Positions 36,920 to 46,187 of a stretch of DNA of 53,645 nt are shown here, one piece after another (position 1 is the first letter of the stretch; each line of letters opens with the position of its first letter). The stretch is from positions 1 through 53,645 of IMG/VR virus record IMGVR_UViG_3300030419_006157. The stretch is one strand, 5' to 3'. This stretch comes from a virus (lineage: Duplodnaviria > Caudoviricetes). The notes under the pieces were generated by a model, which did no database searches, was not told the origin of the DNA, and saw only the letters and a program-made list of their open reading frames with translations. The position numbers were made by a program, and so were the translations under genes.

Positions 36920-38416
36920 TTAGTTTTTGTTTTTTAACTTTTTTCTGTAAGTGAATGTTGCTTCTTGATCTTCTAGCCATTGAAGTAGGTTTTCGTTATC
37001 AATAGAAAAACCGTTTTTAATGTATTTCAATAATCTTCTATTATTACCCCTAGGATAAGCGTCTCGTATAGAGTTTCTAATTAAAATTTTATTAGTTATA
37101 TCATTCTCAAAGGTCGGATAACAAAAGAATTCTCCTTCGCTATCTAGTGCTGCCATTTCTATAGTAAAATCAAACCAACTAATACACTCTTGAGGGGTGG
37201 TGGCGTAACAAGTTGGGTCGCCAGACTTTCCGTCCCAGCACCCAATATCCATTGAATGATATTTATACTTTGCTCCTTGAGCTAAATGACCATATTCTTC
37301 TGGAACACCTTTTGTAGTTAGATCAAAGACTGCGCCACGATCTCTAGGTAATTCGCTAATAACTTTAAATTGTTTCCATTTTAAATAGTTAATAGTCTTA
37401 TCGCGCTCTTTTGTGTTTGGGAAAAATATATCTATATCTTTTGGCGTCATACCTCCAGTAACAAAGTAATCTCTTATAGCTCCACTAGCTATCCAAAAAT
37501 ATTTAGAGCCAGATTCCTTAATCAAATCAACAAAAGGCTTCAAGTGACTTTTTAGCCCTTCAACATTTATCGCTTTAACTTTAGCTTTATAGTTTAAATT
37601 GATTCTCTTGATTGGTTCATTCATTGTTTCAAATCCTCTAGTTAAAAACTTATCATATTTGCGATAGTCAGCATCCTTTTCTAGTCGTTCTTTTGTAGCT
37701 TCTGATATTTCTCCCGAATCGTAATAAAATTGGTATCCTTTACTCCCGCTGGCATTCTTCTTTTCCGCTGGGACATACTCATGGTGAAAATAATTTAACA
37801 AGAAATTTTTAAAATTATTATCGTTAAACTCTGCCACGTAGTTTATTTCATCTATGTAATCCGGCAATGTCCATAAATTGCGAGCGTCCTCATCTGTAAT
37901 CAAAAAATTAAAGAAAGTATCTAATGAAACTTTTCGTGGGTCCGACTGCCCCGACATTGATTCTATTTCTTTTCTTAAGGGGTTCGCCAAGTCTTCTGCG
38001 TCATGGCGCTTCCTTTGACTCTTTGACCAAGAGTACAAAGAGCAAATGATATCCTTTGGGTCTCTAAGGAATGTAAAAGTAAACCATCCATTGTCATTGA
38101 AGGCTTTAATGGTTTCAGGACACCAATTAATCATATGGTTATGGGCAAAGCCAGACTCAATATTTTTTGTAGCTATTTCCAGTAGCTCTTCCTTCGTCCA
38201 ATCTCTATGAAGGTTTCGCTTCACCTCTTTCTGGGAAAAGTCCCACCAAGAATTAAACTGAGGTATTTTTGGTATAACAAAATCTCGTAAATATTTTTGA
38301 GTATACACTCCCGCACATTTGCCATAGTGAATGAAAGCTATCTTTTTAGGCGCATGTTTCCAAAGACCCGTATTCGGATCTACTTCTCCCCCCTCAACTA
38401 CTGAACTTCGGCTCAT
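36920..38416 (-). CDS. Sulfotransferase-like domain fused to nucleotidyltransferase (poly(A) polymerase/CCA head-like) domain
   Basis: N-half FIHYGKCAG...TFLRDP; C-half SGAIRD...PKDIDIF...FDFTI. Confidence 0.7.
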   Translation of the reverse strand: MSRSSVVEGGEVDPNTGLWKHAPKKIAFIHYGKCAGVYTQKYLRDFVIPKIPQFNSWWDFSQKEVKRNLHRDWTKEELLEIATKNIESGFAHNHMINWCPETIKAFNDNGWFTFTFLRDPKDIICSLYSWSKSQRKRHDAEDLANPLRKEIESMSGQSDPRKVSLDTFFNFLITDEDARNLWTLPDYIDEINYVAEFNDNNFKNFLLNYFHHEYVPAEKKNASGSKGYQFYYDSGEISEATKERLEKDADYRKYDKFLTRGFETMNEPIKRINLNYKAKVKAINVEGLKSHLKPFVDLIKESGSKYFWIASGAIRDYFVTGGMTPKDIDIFFPNTKERDKTINYLKWKQFKVISELPRDRGAVFDLTTKGVPEEYGHLAQGAKYKYHSMDIGCWDGKSGDPTCYATTPQECISWFDFTIEMAALDSEGEFFCYPTFENDITNKILIRNSIRDAYPRGNNRRLLKYIKNGFSIDNENLLQWLEDQEATFTYRKKLKNKN

Positions 38417-38688
38417 CTCATGATTAGGAACAAGAGCTTTCTAGCTATAATTAACACAATTAATATAATTACGGCTATAATGCAATAAAGCTTAAGGCTA
38501 GGCACACTACCTTGTTCACTTTCATTTGGGGATTTTGGAAAAATTCGTATACCATTAGGTTTTTTTTCGACTTTTTCGACCTTGGGGTCTGAATCAGTTA
38601 TCCCGATAGTATCCGTCACTTTCTTCAATACCGAGCAAGACGTTAGAAGAACGATAATCAAAGATAATAATATGATGTACCTGTTCAC
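38413..38688 (-). CDS. Lipoprotein with C-terminal TM helix (u-spanin-like topology)
   Basis: GTG start at 38688 with AAGGA SD and GTGTAA element at 38697-38702; lipobox LTSC; hydrophobic C-terminus. Confidence 0.6.
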   Translation of the reverse strand: MNRYIILLSLIIVLLTSCSVLKKVTDTIGITDSDPKVEKVEKKPNGIRIFPKSPNESEQGSVPSLKLYCIIAVIILIVLIIARKLLFLIMR

Positions 38689-38737
38689 TTTATCCTTTAC
38701 ACTTATTTTGTTTTCATCTAATTTTCTGGGGTTTTTA

Positions 38738-39604
38738 ATGAAAATCGCACTCGTAGCATCCGAAGGTAACAAAACTGCGAAATGGTCTACCCCCATAGGT
38801 CTATCGAAGGCCTTTTCTAAAAAAGGGCATGATGTTGATAATTATTACTTAAACGCAAAACAATGTGATTTCTCTAAAATAGAAGAAAATTCAGATGGGT
38901 ATGATTTAATCTTTTTCTGTTGGTGCGGTCCATCTCCATCATTTGACGAAAATTTAAAAAAATTAAAATCTAAAACCGAAACCCCCGTATACCTAGAGCT
39001 TGGAGATGAACCTCAAACCTATACCCACAACCAGCAAAGAATAAATCATGTTGATGCATTCTTCACACCGGACCTGAGATGCCACATGCATTATCGCGGG
39101 AGAAATCTCCCATCGCATTGGATGACTCATTGGTGTGATGATGAAATTTTTTATAAAACAAACACTGAAAGAGAAAATATCTGCGTAACGACCTGCATAG
39201 GCGAAAGGCCTTTACTTCACATGTTTTCCAGATCTTATGGAGGTAAATTCATAAATAAGAAAGTAAGTGATTATGAGAATACTGAGTTTTATAACTCTGG
39301 CACAATTACTTACCAATTTGCTAGATTTGATGAAATAACCAGAAGGATATTTGAAGCAGGGGGTTGTGGTAATGCAATAATTACAAATAGAATATCCCCT
39401 GATACTGGAATATATGATCTTTTTAAGGAAGATGAAGATATATGCTACTTCTCCAATGAAGGAGAAGCTATTGAAAAAATGAGAAAACTGTATAATGATG
39501 ACGATTACAGAAATCACCTAGCAAATAACATCTATAAAAAAATAAAAGAAAAACATTTGGTCGGTAATCGTATAGATCAGATACTAGAAGTTCTCGAAGG
39601 ATGA
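38738..39604 (+). CDS. Glycosyltransferase (CgeB / Glyco_trans_1_2-like, GT-B)
   Basis: Start MKIALV; RRIFEAGGCG, DLF..DEDI..F, H....R. Confidence 0.8.
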   Translation: MKIALVASEGNKTAKWSTPIGLSKAFSKKGHDVDNYYLNAKQCDFSKIEENSDGYDLIFFCWCGPSPSFDENLKKLKSKTETPVYLELGDEPQTYTHNQQRINHVDAFFTPDLRCHMHYRGRNLPSHWMTHWCDDEIFYKTNTERENICVTTCIGERPLLHMFSRSYGGKFINKKVSDYENTEFYNSGTITYQFARFDEITRRIFEAGGCGNAIITNRISPDTGIYDLFKEDEDICYFSNEGEAIEKMRKLYNDDDYRNHLANNIYKKIKEKHLVGNRIDQILEVLEG

Positions 39605-40602
39605 AGATAATTCTAACAGGTGCAGCAGGGCTACTAGGTTGCCATCTTACAAGACATCTACTCAAAAAAGGGCATACTGTAATAGGTATAGATAATCTCT
39701 CTGGTGGATATAAAGATTTCTTGCCAGAAGATGAGAAGTTTCACTTTTTCAAATACGACTTGGGGGCAAATACTGATTCTCGCGAATTAATAAATAGCAC
39801 TTTTGATCAGTTCAAACCAGAAGTGGTGTACCACTTAGCCGCTTACGCAGCAGAAGGGCTATCCCCATTCATTAGAAACTACAATTATGTCAATAATGTC
39901 TTATCTTCTGTTAATTTAATAAATGCATGTGTTGAGTATGAATGTAAATTGATTTTTACATCCTCTATGGCTGTCTACGGGCAACAGAAGCCGCCTTTTA
40001 GAGAAGATATGAGGCCAAACCCTATAGACCCCTATGGGATTGCTAAATACGCCGTAGAAATGGATCTAGAGCAAGCACACAGGCAATTTGAGTTGCAATA
40101 TAATATAGTAAGACCTCATAACGTGTTAGGTACTTATCAAAATATCTGGGATAGGTACAGAAACGTAATAGGGATCTTTATTAGAAGGGCGTTAAACAAC
40201 GAGCCATTGAGAATTTACGGCGACGGAGAGCAAACTCGCGCATTTTCTGATATTTCTTATTATATGGAGCCATTTGAAAAGCTCATGGAGAATCATAACG
40301 GTGAAACCTTCAACATCGGGGCGGATAAATATTGGTCTATTAATGAAGTTGCACTACTTGTGCAAAAAATAGCATCAAAACACAACTATAATGTCCAAAT
40401 AGAGCACGTAGAGCCAAGACACGAGGCAAAACATGCTTATTGTGATCACTCCAAGGCTAAAGAGCTTTTAGAATTCAAAGATGAAACAAACTTAAATGTA
40501 TTAATTGAAGAAATGTTCAATTGGGCTATGGCTCAACCAAATAGAGAAGTAAAAGATCTTAAATATGAATTAACAAAAAATATATACTCCTATTGGAAAT
40601 GA
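39601..40602 (+). CDS. NAD-dependent nucleotide-sugar epimerase/dehydratase
   Basis: TGAAGLLG, SSMAVYG, YGIAK (YxxxK), GDGEQTRAF. Confidence 0.93.
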   Translation: MKIILTGAAGLLGCHLTRHLLKKGHTVIGIDNLSGGYKDFLPEDEKFHFFKYDLGANTDSRELINSTFDQFKPEVVYHLAAYAAEGLSPFIRNYNYVNNVLSSVNLINACVEYECKLIFTSSMAVYGQQKPPFREDMRPNPIDPYGIAKYAVEMDLEQAHRQFELQYNIVRPHNVLGTYQNIWDRYRNVIGIFIRRALNNEPLRIYGDGEQTRAFSDISYYMEPFEKLMENHNGETFNIGADKYWSINEVALLVQKIASKHNYNVQIEHVEPRHEAKHAYCDHSKAKELLEFKDETNLNVLIEEMFNWAMAQPNREVKDLKYELTKNIYSYWK

Positions 40603-41315
40603 AAAATGCAGTAATATTGCCAACTTATAATCGCCCCGAATCTCTCAAAAGATTCTGTGATAGCTTTAATAGTACCTCTAAACACTCTCAACTGTTTGTT
40701 GTATTAGATAAAGTTGATCCCAAGTTTGATGAATGTGTTAATATATGCACCGAAAACCAAGTAGTGACATTCGTCACGCCTTTCAGGCAAAGGTTATCAA
40801 GTAAAATTAATTTTGGGTGGATGAATAGCCTGAATTATATGACCTATGCTTACTATAATAATCCCGAAAAGACAGCTACCCACTTTTCTTTTTATGGAGA
40901 CGATGTAGTATTTAATACAGAAGATTGGGATTTGAAGCTTATGGAAGCCTGTAACGGAAATCCCTTCCATATTGTCTACCCGAATGACGGCCAAAGACTA
41001 GATCTTCCGAATCATTGGACTATAACTAGCAAAATTGCTGCTGCAACAGGCTTTTTATCCCTTCCATGCCTCGATCATATGTATGTTGACATGTTTTGGC
41101 TTGAAGTGGGCAATCAATTAGGGGTAATTCGTAGGGCAGACGAGGTAAAAACAACTCATTTGCACCCAGCCTATGATCCCAACGTGGAAAAAGACGAAAA
41201 TTACAACTCATCACAAGAATTATACAAATCAGATGAGTATATGTTTAACGCATTTAAGGGTACTGGCAAAATGCAAATGCTAATCGATAAGCTAAAACCA
41301 ATATTAAAAGAATAA
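40599..41315 (+). CDS. GT2-like glycosyltransferase
   Basis: ILPTYNRP, GDD, HMYVD, HLHP. Confidence 0.75.
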   Translation: MKNAVILPTYNRPESLKRFCDSFNSTSKHSQLFVVLDKVDPKFDECVNICTENQVVTFVTPFRQRLSSKINFGWMNSLNYMTYAYYNNPEKTATHFSFYGDDVVFNTEDWDLKLMEACNGNPFHIVYPNDGQRLDLPNHWTITSKIAAATGFLSLPCLDHMYVDMFWLEVGNQLGVIRRADEVKTTHLHPAYDPNVEKDENYNSSQELYKSDEYMFNAFKGTGKMQMLIDKLKPILKE

Positions 41316-42061
41316 TGCCGCCTTTAACCGTACTAATTCCCACTCATGCTCTGAAAAGAGAGGTCATTGGACCTTTCAAGGACATGAATCAGCAAAATGC
41401 TTCGGCTCCCTCTACTAAATTAATAGAGCTAGTAGTAAAAAACGTTGAGGATCACATTACCGACATCCCTTTGGAGTTTGTTATTGGCCTAGATCATAAA
41501 CCAGATCTTGCCTTGTCTATAGATTACCTTGAAAATCTAGAGAATTACGCAAAAAGTACCAAAAACGTTAAAATTACTCATGTAGATTTCAAATACTGCG
41601 ATAGAGTAATGACAACGAAGACGGCTACAGAGAATTTTTACAACTTAATAGAGACATGTGAGACCGATTACTTCATGATGTGGGAGCATGATTGGGTTTT
41701 CATAGATAAAGTTGACCAAGAGCAGTTAAAAATATGGAATCGTGATATCGATATGCTCCGTTTTAACCAACATCCCAATGAACCCCGAAAAGAAGACGAG
41801 TTGATGTGGCATGATGAGAGGGGTTTAAGGACATCTCTATATAGCAATAACCCTTTTGTGACATCAAAAGCACATTGGATATTAAAATATATACATCATG
41901 GCTATGAAATACCCGATTGGTGGGGTGAATATGGAGCTTTTATAGAAGGCCCAATTAATAGATTAATAAAAGAAGAGAAAATTAAGCCCAGAATTCATCT
42001 ATACGGGGATAGATCTGATCTTCCAGTGATAAAACATCTTAACGGCCAAGTCTGGCAGTAA
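41315..42061 (+). CDS. Putative glycosyltransferase
   Basis: TVLIPTH, DYFMMWEHDW, YSNNP, HLNG. Confidence 0.65.
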   Translation: MPPLTVLIPTHALKREVIGPFKDMNQQNASAPSTKLIELVVKNVEDHITDIPLEFVIGLDHKPDLALSIDYLENLENYAKSTKNVKITHVDFKYCDRVMTTKTATENFYNLIETCETDYFMMWEHDWVFIDKVDQEQLKIWNRDIDMLRFNQHPNEPRKEDELMWHDERGLRTSLYSNNPFVTSKAHWILKYIHHGYEIPDWWGEYGAFIEGPINRLIKEEKIKPRIHLYGDRSDLPVIKHLNGQVWQ

Positions 42062-42088
42062 ATTAAAAAGCAATAAACTAAAAGACCC

Positions 42089-42119
42089 TCCCCGGATTTT
42101 TTCTTCCGGGGATTTTTTT
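42089..42119 (+). terminator. Terminator ending the glycosylation operon
   Basis: tccccgga...tccgggga followed by a T-run. Confidence 0.8.
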
Positions 42120-42417
42120 GGCTTAGTGTTTATTAAAACTCGTTTTAAATTTAAAATATTTTGAAACCGGGGGCTATATGAGAAACGGTATATGAGAAAA
42201 CCTATGGGGTTTCGGGGAGAGTCTTTTTTACCCCCCGCGCTGATATGTTAATAACTTGTTAGTAACTTTTTTCGAATAACTGGTGGGGCTGTCAATAACT
42301 TTGTGAATATCTTGTGAATTATTTCGTGCGAAATATCTGGACAGAGACAGGTTTTTTTTGGTATAAAATAAACATCGCCGCGAGGTGAGACAAGCAACAC
42401 AAAAACCAAATACAAAA

Positions 42418-43026
42418 ATGGAACACACACAATACACAATCACGAAGGGCGCGACAGAGATCGAAACCGTACTGCGCGGAATTAAGGGCTGCCAGTTCAT
42501 CACGATGCAAGTTTTGATCAGCGCAGGATTACGCAAGACACGCGACATTGACGGCAAGCGAGTAAAGCACGAACACGGCGCGATCATGAAACGCCAAAAG
42601 GTTCAGGCCATCGTTGGGTGGAATTATGCGAGCCGCCTCGACAGACAGGCAGAGCGAGAGGGCAAGGAAATTGATTTCGAGGTGCAGCCGCGTATGTGGG
42701 GCGAACGCATCGCGGGAACGTGCCTAGTGGAACACAAGGGCGCGATGTACGTCGAAGCCGCACCGATTCACATCATGCAAACTGAATATATCAGCGAGCA
42801 TGGCGAAACAATCGACGCAAACGACATTCGCGATCTAATCGACCACAAGGCAGAGCAGAAAAGCAAAAGCAGCACACAAGAGGAACTTGCAAACGAGGTA
42901 TTCGTGCGCGATTACAAACTCGCAAACATCGAGACACTAGCCGCGAACGGTTTCCGCCTAACCGTCGAGGAGAGAGACAAGGCACTAAACGAATTGCCAC
43001 CAATCCCTAACGTGATCCACATCTAA
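42418..43026 (+). CDS. Conserved phage early protein (paralogue of 45501..46130)
   Basis: ATG 42418 after promoter TGGACA..TATAAA; NY...L.R......G....WG.R.....EHKG..Y motif. Confidence 0.75.
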   Translation: MEHTQYTITKGATEIETVLRGIKGCQFITMQVLISAGLRKTRDIDGKRVKHEHGAIMKRQKVQAIVGWNYASRLDRQAEREGKEIDFEVQPRMWGERIAGTCLVEHKGAMYVEAAPIHIMQTEYISEHGETIDANDIRDLIDHKAEQKSKSSTQEELANEVFVRDYKLANIETLAANGFRLTVEERDKALNELPPIPNVIHI

Positions 43027-43096
43027 TCATGGATATAGCTATAATAATAATTGGATACTATACAACCAAAACCATAATCGAACACATCGACGAATC

Positions 43097-43303
43097 ATGA
43101 AAAATACTTACAGACACGCGATCCAAAAAGCCAGCGCATTCCAGACACGCGACCTAGGCAACAACTTAAACAAAATCATAAAAGAGATGGAGACAGAAAA
43201 AGTAGAACGCGCCGAAACATACACGGATGGTCTAATCACTGGCGTGATGGTCGGGATACTAGCCGGAATGATACTAGCCGGAATACTGGTGCAAATAGTT
43301 TAG
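43097..43303 (+). CDS. Small protein with C-terminal TM helix
   Basis: GLITGVMVGILAGMILAGIL (GxxxG repeats); followed by a terminator. Confidence 0.7.
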   Translation: MKNTYRHAIQKASAFQTRDLGNNLNKIIKEMETEKVERAETYTDGLITGVMVGILAGMILAGILVQIV

Positions 43304-43318
43304 TGTGGTGTTGCGAGA

Positions 43319-43346
43319 CGGGAGGGCGAAAGCCCTCTCGTTTTTT
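43319..43346 (+). terminator. Rho-independent terminator
   Basis: cgggagggc-gaaa-gccctctcg-tttttt. Confidence 0.9.
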
Positions 43347-43463
43347 GAATTTTCGACCCTGAAAGAAAGTACGTGTACGTATAATACGTATGCGTACTAA
43401 ATTTTCGACCCTGAATAGTCGCTTCGCGAATATTCGACCCTAATTGACCCTGATTAGACTACC

Positions 43464-43533
43464 TTATTTGGCCTTCGACCCTAAAAGAGGCGTTTTATTT
43501 GGCGTTCGACCCTAAAAGTGGCGTTTTATTTGG
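43464..43533 (+). repeat. 31-bp tandem direct repeat
   Basis: ttatttggc(c/g)ttcgaccctaaaag(a/t)ggcgtt twice, plus a partial third copy. Confidence 0.9.
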
Positions 43534-43613
43534 GTTGTTCACAAAAAGCCGGTGAAATTGTTAATAACTTCTTGATTTTGTGGATAACTTTTTAAATTGT
43601 GAATAACTTTTTC

Positions 43614-43641
43614 TTGTAATTAAAAAAAATTTTGCTATAAT
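43614..43641 (+). promoter_or_regulatory. Sigma70-type early promoter
   Basis: TTGTAA-16-TATAAT with extended TG. Confidence 0.8.
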
Positions 43642-43649
43642 CAACGGAA

Positions 43650-43718
43650 ATGTTAGAAATACTAGTAATTGCGGCATTTATCATGGTTATTGACAGGTTG
43701 TCAAAAGGCGGTGAATAA
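43650..43718 (+). CDS. 22-aa hydrophobic micropeptide (not in ORF track)
   Basis: MLEILVIAAFIMVIDRLSKGGE, directly after the promoter; two paralogues nearby. Confidence 0.65.
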   Translation: MLEILVIAAFIMVIDRLSKGGE

Positions 43719-44015
43719 GTGCGGGATTACCTGTGAATAACTCTGTGAATAACTTGTGAATAACTCTGAAGCATATAGTACGTATGCGTACTATACGTGT
43801 GCGTATGAAATGATACGTGTGCGTATGATTATGGTAACAACATGGTACGTATACGTATGATTGTTGTTAGCCGTTGTTACCTGTTTTTTTCGACCCTGTA
43901 CGTACACGTACTAAATGTGAATAACTTTTTTAAAAAGTTGTGTCATAAAGCTTGACTTTTTTTCGTAATGTGGTATTATGTATTGTCGCGCATGGTGTGC
44001 GACACCATACAAAAA

Positions 44016-44288
44016 ATGAGTAATACAAAAAACAAAGTGTCCGAAACTACCGTTCGCAACCTGCTCGCCGGAGCAAATGACGCAAGAGAGTTAAACACTC
44101 AAATGGCCGAAATGCAAAACGGATTGATCCTCACCGATCAGGATGTTGCAAATCTGGAAAGCACGGTTCAACTGCTACAGCAGCAGCAGGAGCGACTCAA
44201 TCAGGCATATGAAATCCTGAATAAGTTGCCAAGCGGGATAAAAGCAGTCTATCACAAGACTGATCCTAACGGCAGATACCGGAGCTAG
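44016..44288 (+). CDS. Small coiled-coil early protein
   Basis: Start MSNTK after TTGACT..TATTAT promoter and a leader hairpin; terminator at 44302-44336. Confidence 0.7.
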   Translation: MSNTKNKVSETTVRNLLAGANDARELNTQMAEMQNGLILTDQDVANLESTVQLLQQQQERLNQAYEILNKLPSGIKAVYHKTDPNGRYRS

Positions 44289-44562
44289 TCAGAGTATCTC
44301 AGCCCCTCACCGGAAACGGTGGGGGGTCTTTTTTTGCTCTCCAAATGATATAGTACGTACACGTACTATACGTATGCGTACTATACGTACACGTACTATG
44401 CGTACACGTACTGTACGTATGCGTATCAAATTTCGACCCTAATTGACCCTAAAAAAGTATATTATTTGGCTACTTATATACAAAACGGGCCTCTACGTTA
44501 TTTGACTTATTTGATAGGAAACGGGCCTGTGAATAACTCGATTATTTTTTTTCGTTATTCTG

Positions 44563-44591
44563 TTGACATACGAAACAAATTACTGTAGGTT
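44563..44591 (+). promoter_or_regulatory. Sigma70-type early promoter, near-leaderless
   Basis: TTGACA-17-TAGGTT; ATG 9 nt after the -10 hexamer. Confidence 0.75.
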
Positions 44592-44600
44592 TATATCGTT

Positions 44601-44873
44601 ATGAGCAACTTGAAACTACATCACAACCGAAACGCCAAACTCGCCGCCGCAGTAACCAACCACATCAAAATGCGGAAGCGGCAGGGCGCAGATCACACGG
44701 TAGCCAAAACAGAGGCCTACCTTTTGTATGGTATCAAAAACCAAAACAGCCCAGACGTTAATTACGCTTGGTTGAATCATGCGCGGGAATACTTCGCGCC
44801 AGAAAACGTCCAAGAGCAATATTACTCATTCTTGGAAAAGTATCACGGCAAAGACTTGGTTCCCTCTGCCTAA
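44601..44873 (+). CDS. Hypothetical early protein
   Basis: 90 aa between promoter and CUUCGG hairpin. Confidence 0.75.
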   Translation: MSNLKLHHNRNAKLAAAVTNHIKMRKRQGADHTVAKTEAYLLYGIKNQNSPDVNYAWLNHAREYFAPENVQEQYYSFLEKYHGKDLVPSA

Positions 44874-44908
44874 TGAAACGGGGAGGCCTTCGGGCCTCCC
44901 CTTCCCTG

Positions 44909-44983
44909 ATGCAAGAAATAATAATATTCGCCATCGCTTTTTTAATACTAGAAAAAATATTCTCTGATGAAATTACTCACTAA
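44909..44983 (+). CDS. 24-aa hydrophobic micropeptide
   Basis: MQEIIIFAIAFLILEKIFSDEITH; same register as 43650 and 47597 peptides. Confidence 0.6.
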   Translation: MQEIIIFAIAFLILEKIFSDEITH

Positions 44984-45239
44984 AGAAATCAAGAAGCAAC
45001 TCCCCGCATTATATACAAATGAAAACAACCCCAACCCCAAGGCAATTGTCAAGTTCTTCACTCCGTTTGCGAATTGGACATGGTACGCGACAGAGTTTGA
45101 CGGTGAGGACACCTTTTTCGGATTGGTGGAAGGACACGACAAAGAGCTTGGCTACTTCAGCCTTGCCGAGTTGGAGAGCATGGGTCACAAAATTGAAAGG
45201 GATCTCTACTTTAAGCCAACGCCATTAAACGATTTGTAA
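44967..45239 (+). CDS. DUF2958-family protein
   Basis: VKFFTP...TWYATE.D..D.FFGLV.G...ELGYFSL.EL...IERDLYF. Confidence 0.85.
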   Translation: MKLLTKEIKKQLPALYTNENNPNPKAIVKFFTPFANWTWYATEFDGEDTFFGLVEGHDKELGYFSLAELESMGHKIERDLYFKPTPLNDL

Positions 45240-45253
45240 AGTGTGTTGCTCAT

Positions 45254-45279
45254 GGGCGGCCTTCGGGCCGCCTTTTTTT
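45254..45279 (+). terminator. Rho-independent terminator (UUCG loop)
   Basis: ggcggcc-ttcg-ggccgcc-ttttttt. Confidence 0.9.
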
Positions 45280-45500
45280 GACCCTGAATATAGTACGTAT
45301 ACGTACATTTTTTCGACCCTGAATAGTTGCTCCGCAAATTGACCCTAATTGACCCTGAAAATTAATATTATTTGGCCATATTTAAATAAAACGGGCAAGT
45401 AGTCAAGCAAAAGTTATTAACACTTATTTGGATCAATGTGAATAACCCGCGAAAAAATATCTCGACATTCAAAAGGCTTTATGACTATAATGCCCCCGTT

Positions 45501-46130
45501 ATGCAACAGTACACATTCACCATCGAACGCGAGCAAAGCGATTTTGCCTCGCAAATTGAAACACTCGCCACCATCGGAACCCGTGCAATTTCCGTTACCC
45601 TACAGCGTGAAATGCACGTTGGCAAAACGCCTTGGGGAACCAAAGGTGATTTTAAGCTGAACACGCCAAGCGAATTTTTTGGCATGGTTAAGACTTGGAA
45701 AATGACCGGATTGGTTAACGTGGATTACACCGCCGCCGTCAATCGCCACCTTTCAAAGATTGGCCACTCGGATGCGGGAACGTGGGAAGGCAGCGGATCG
45801 TGGGGAACCCGCCAAGGCGGAACCCGCGCCAACATTGGCCACAAGCTCCAAAGCTACTTGCAACTTTTCCGCTGGTATGGTGAGCGCAACCTTTTTACGC
45901 GCTACAGCGTGGACAACGTGCAAATCGACCCTGAAAGCTTTTCAGAGCATCTGTACGCCAAGGGATCAAGCTCCCCAAGCATCCGAACAAGCGACGGCGA
46001 GCGCGTCCCCGTTCCGTTTTACGTTTCGCGAGTGAAGTTTGAAGATATTCTGGAATTGGAAGGACTGCCAAAAATCCAAAGCGAACCACGCGAGCGGATG
46101 CTTGCCGAATATAGGCTTTCAGATTTATAG
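45501..46130 (+). CDS. Conserved phage early protein (paralogue of 42418..43026)
   Basis: Start MQQYTF after TCGACA..TATAAT; DY...VNR.L...G....WG.R.....HK...YL. Confidence 0.75.
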   Translation: MQQYTFTIEREQSDFASQIETLATIGTRAISVTLQREMHVGKTPWGTKGDFKLNTPSEFFGMVKTWKMTGLVNVDYTAAVNRHLSKIGHSDAGTWEGSGSWGTRQGGTRANIGHKLQSYLQLFRWYGERNLFTRYSVDNVQIDPESFSEHLYAKGSSSPSIRTSDGERVPVPFYVSRVKFEDILELEGLPKIQSEPRERMLAEYRLSDL

Positions 46131-46154
46131 ATTCAAATTCCCAAGGAGGAAACC

Positions 46155-46187
46155 AATCTGCCCGATCCCCACGGGCAGATTTTTTTT
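46155..46187 (+). terminator. Rho-independent terminator
   Basis: aatctgcccg...cgggcagatt followed by a T-run. Confidence 0.85.

Larger units (their letters stand above)
43370..45305. repeat. 13 copies of 12-bp quasi-palindrome TACGYRYRCGTA, partly in 15-bp-period arrays
   Basis: 43370, 43385; 43779, 43794, 43814, 43846, 43899; 44354, 44369, 44384, 44399, 44414; 45294. Confidence 0.92.

Noticed and set aside
43350-45360. CRISPR array suggested by the dense short repeats
   Set aside because: Repeats are 10-12 bp, irregularly spaced or abutting, with no 25-45-bp unique spacers and no cas genes
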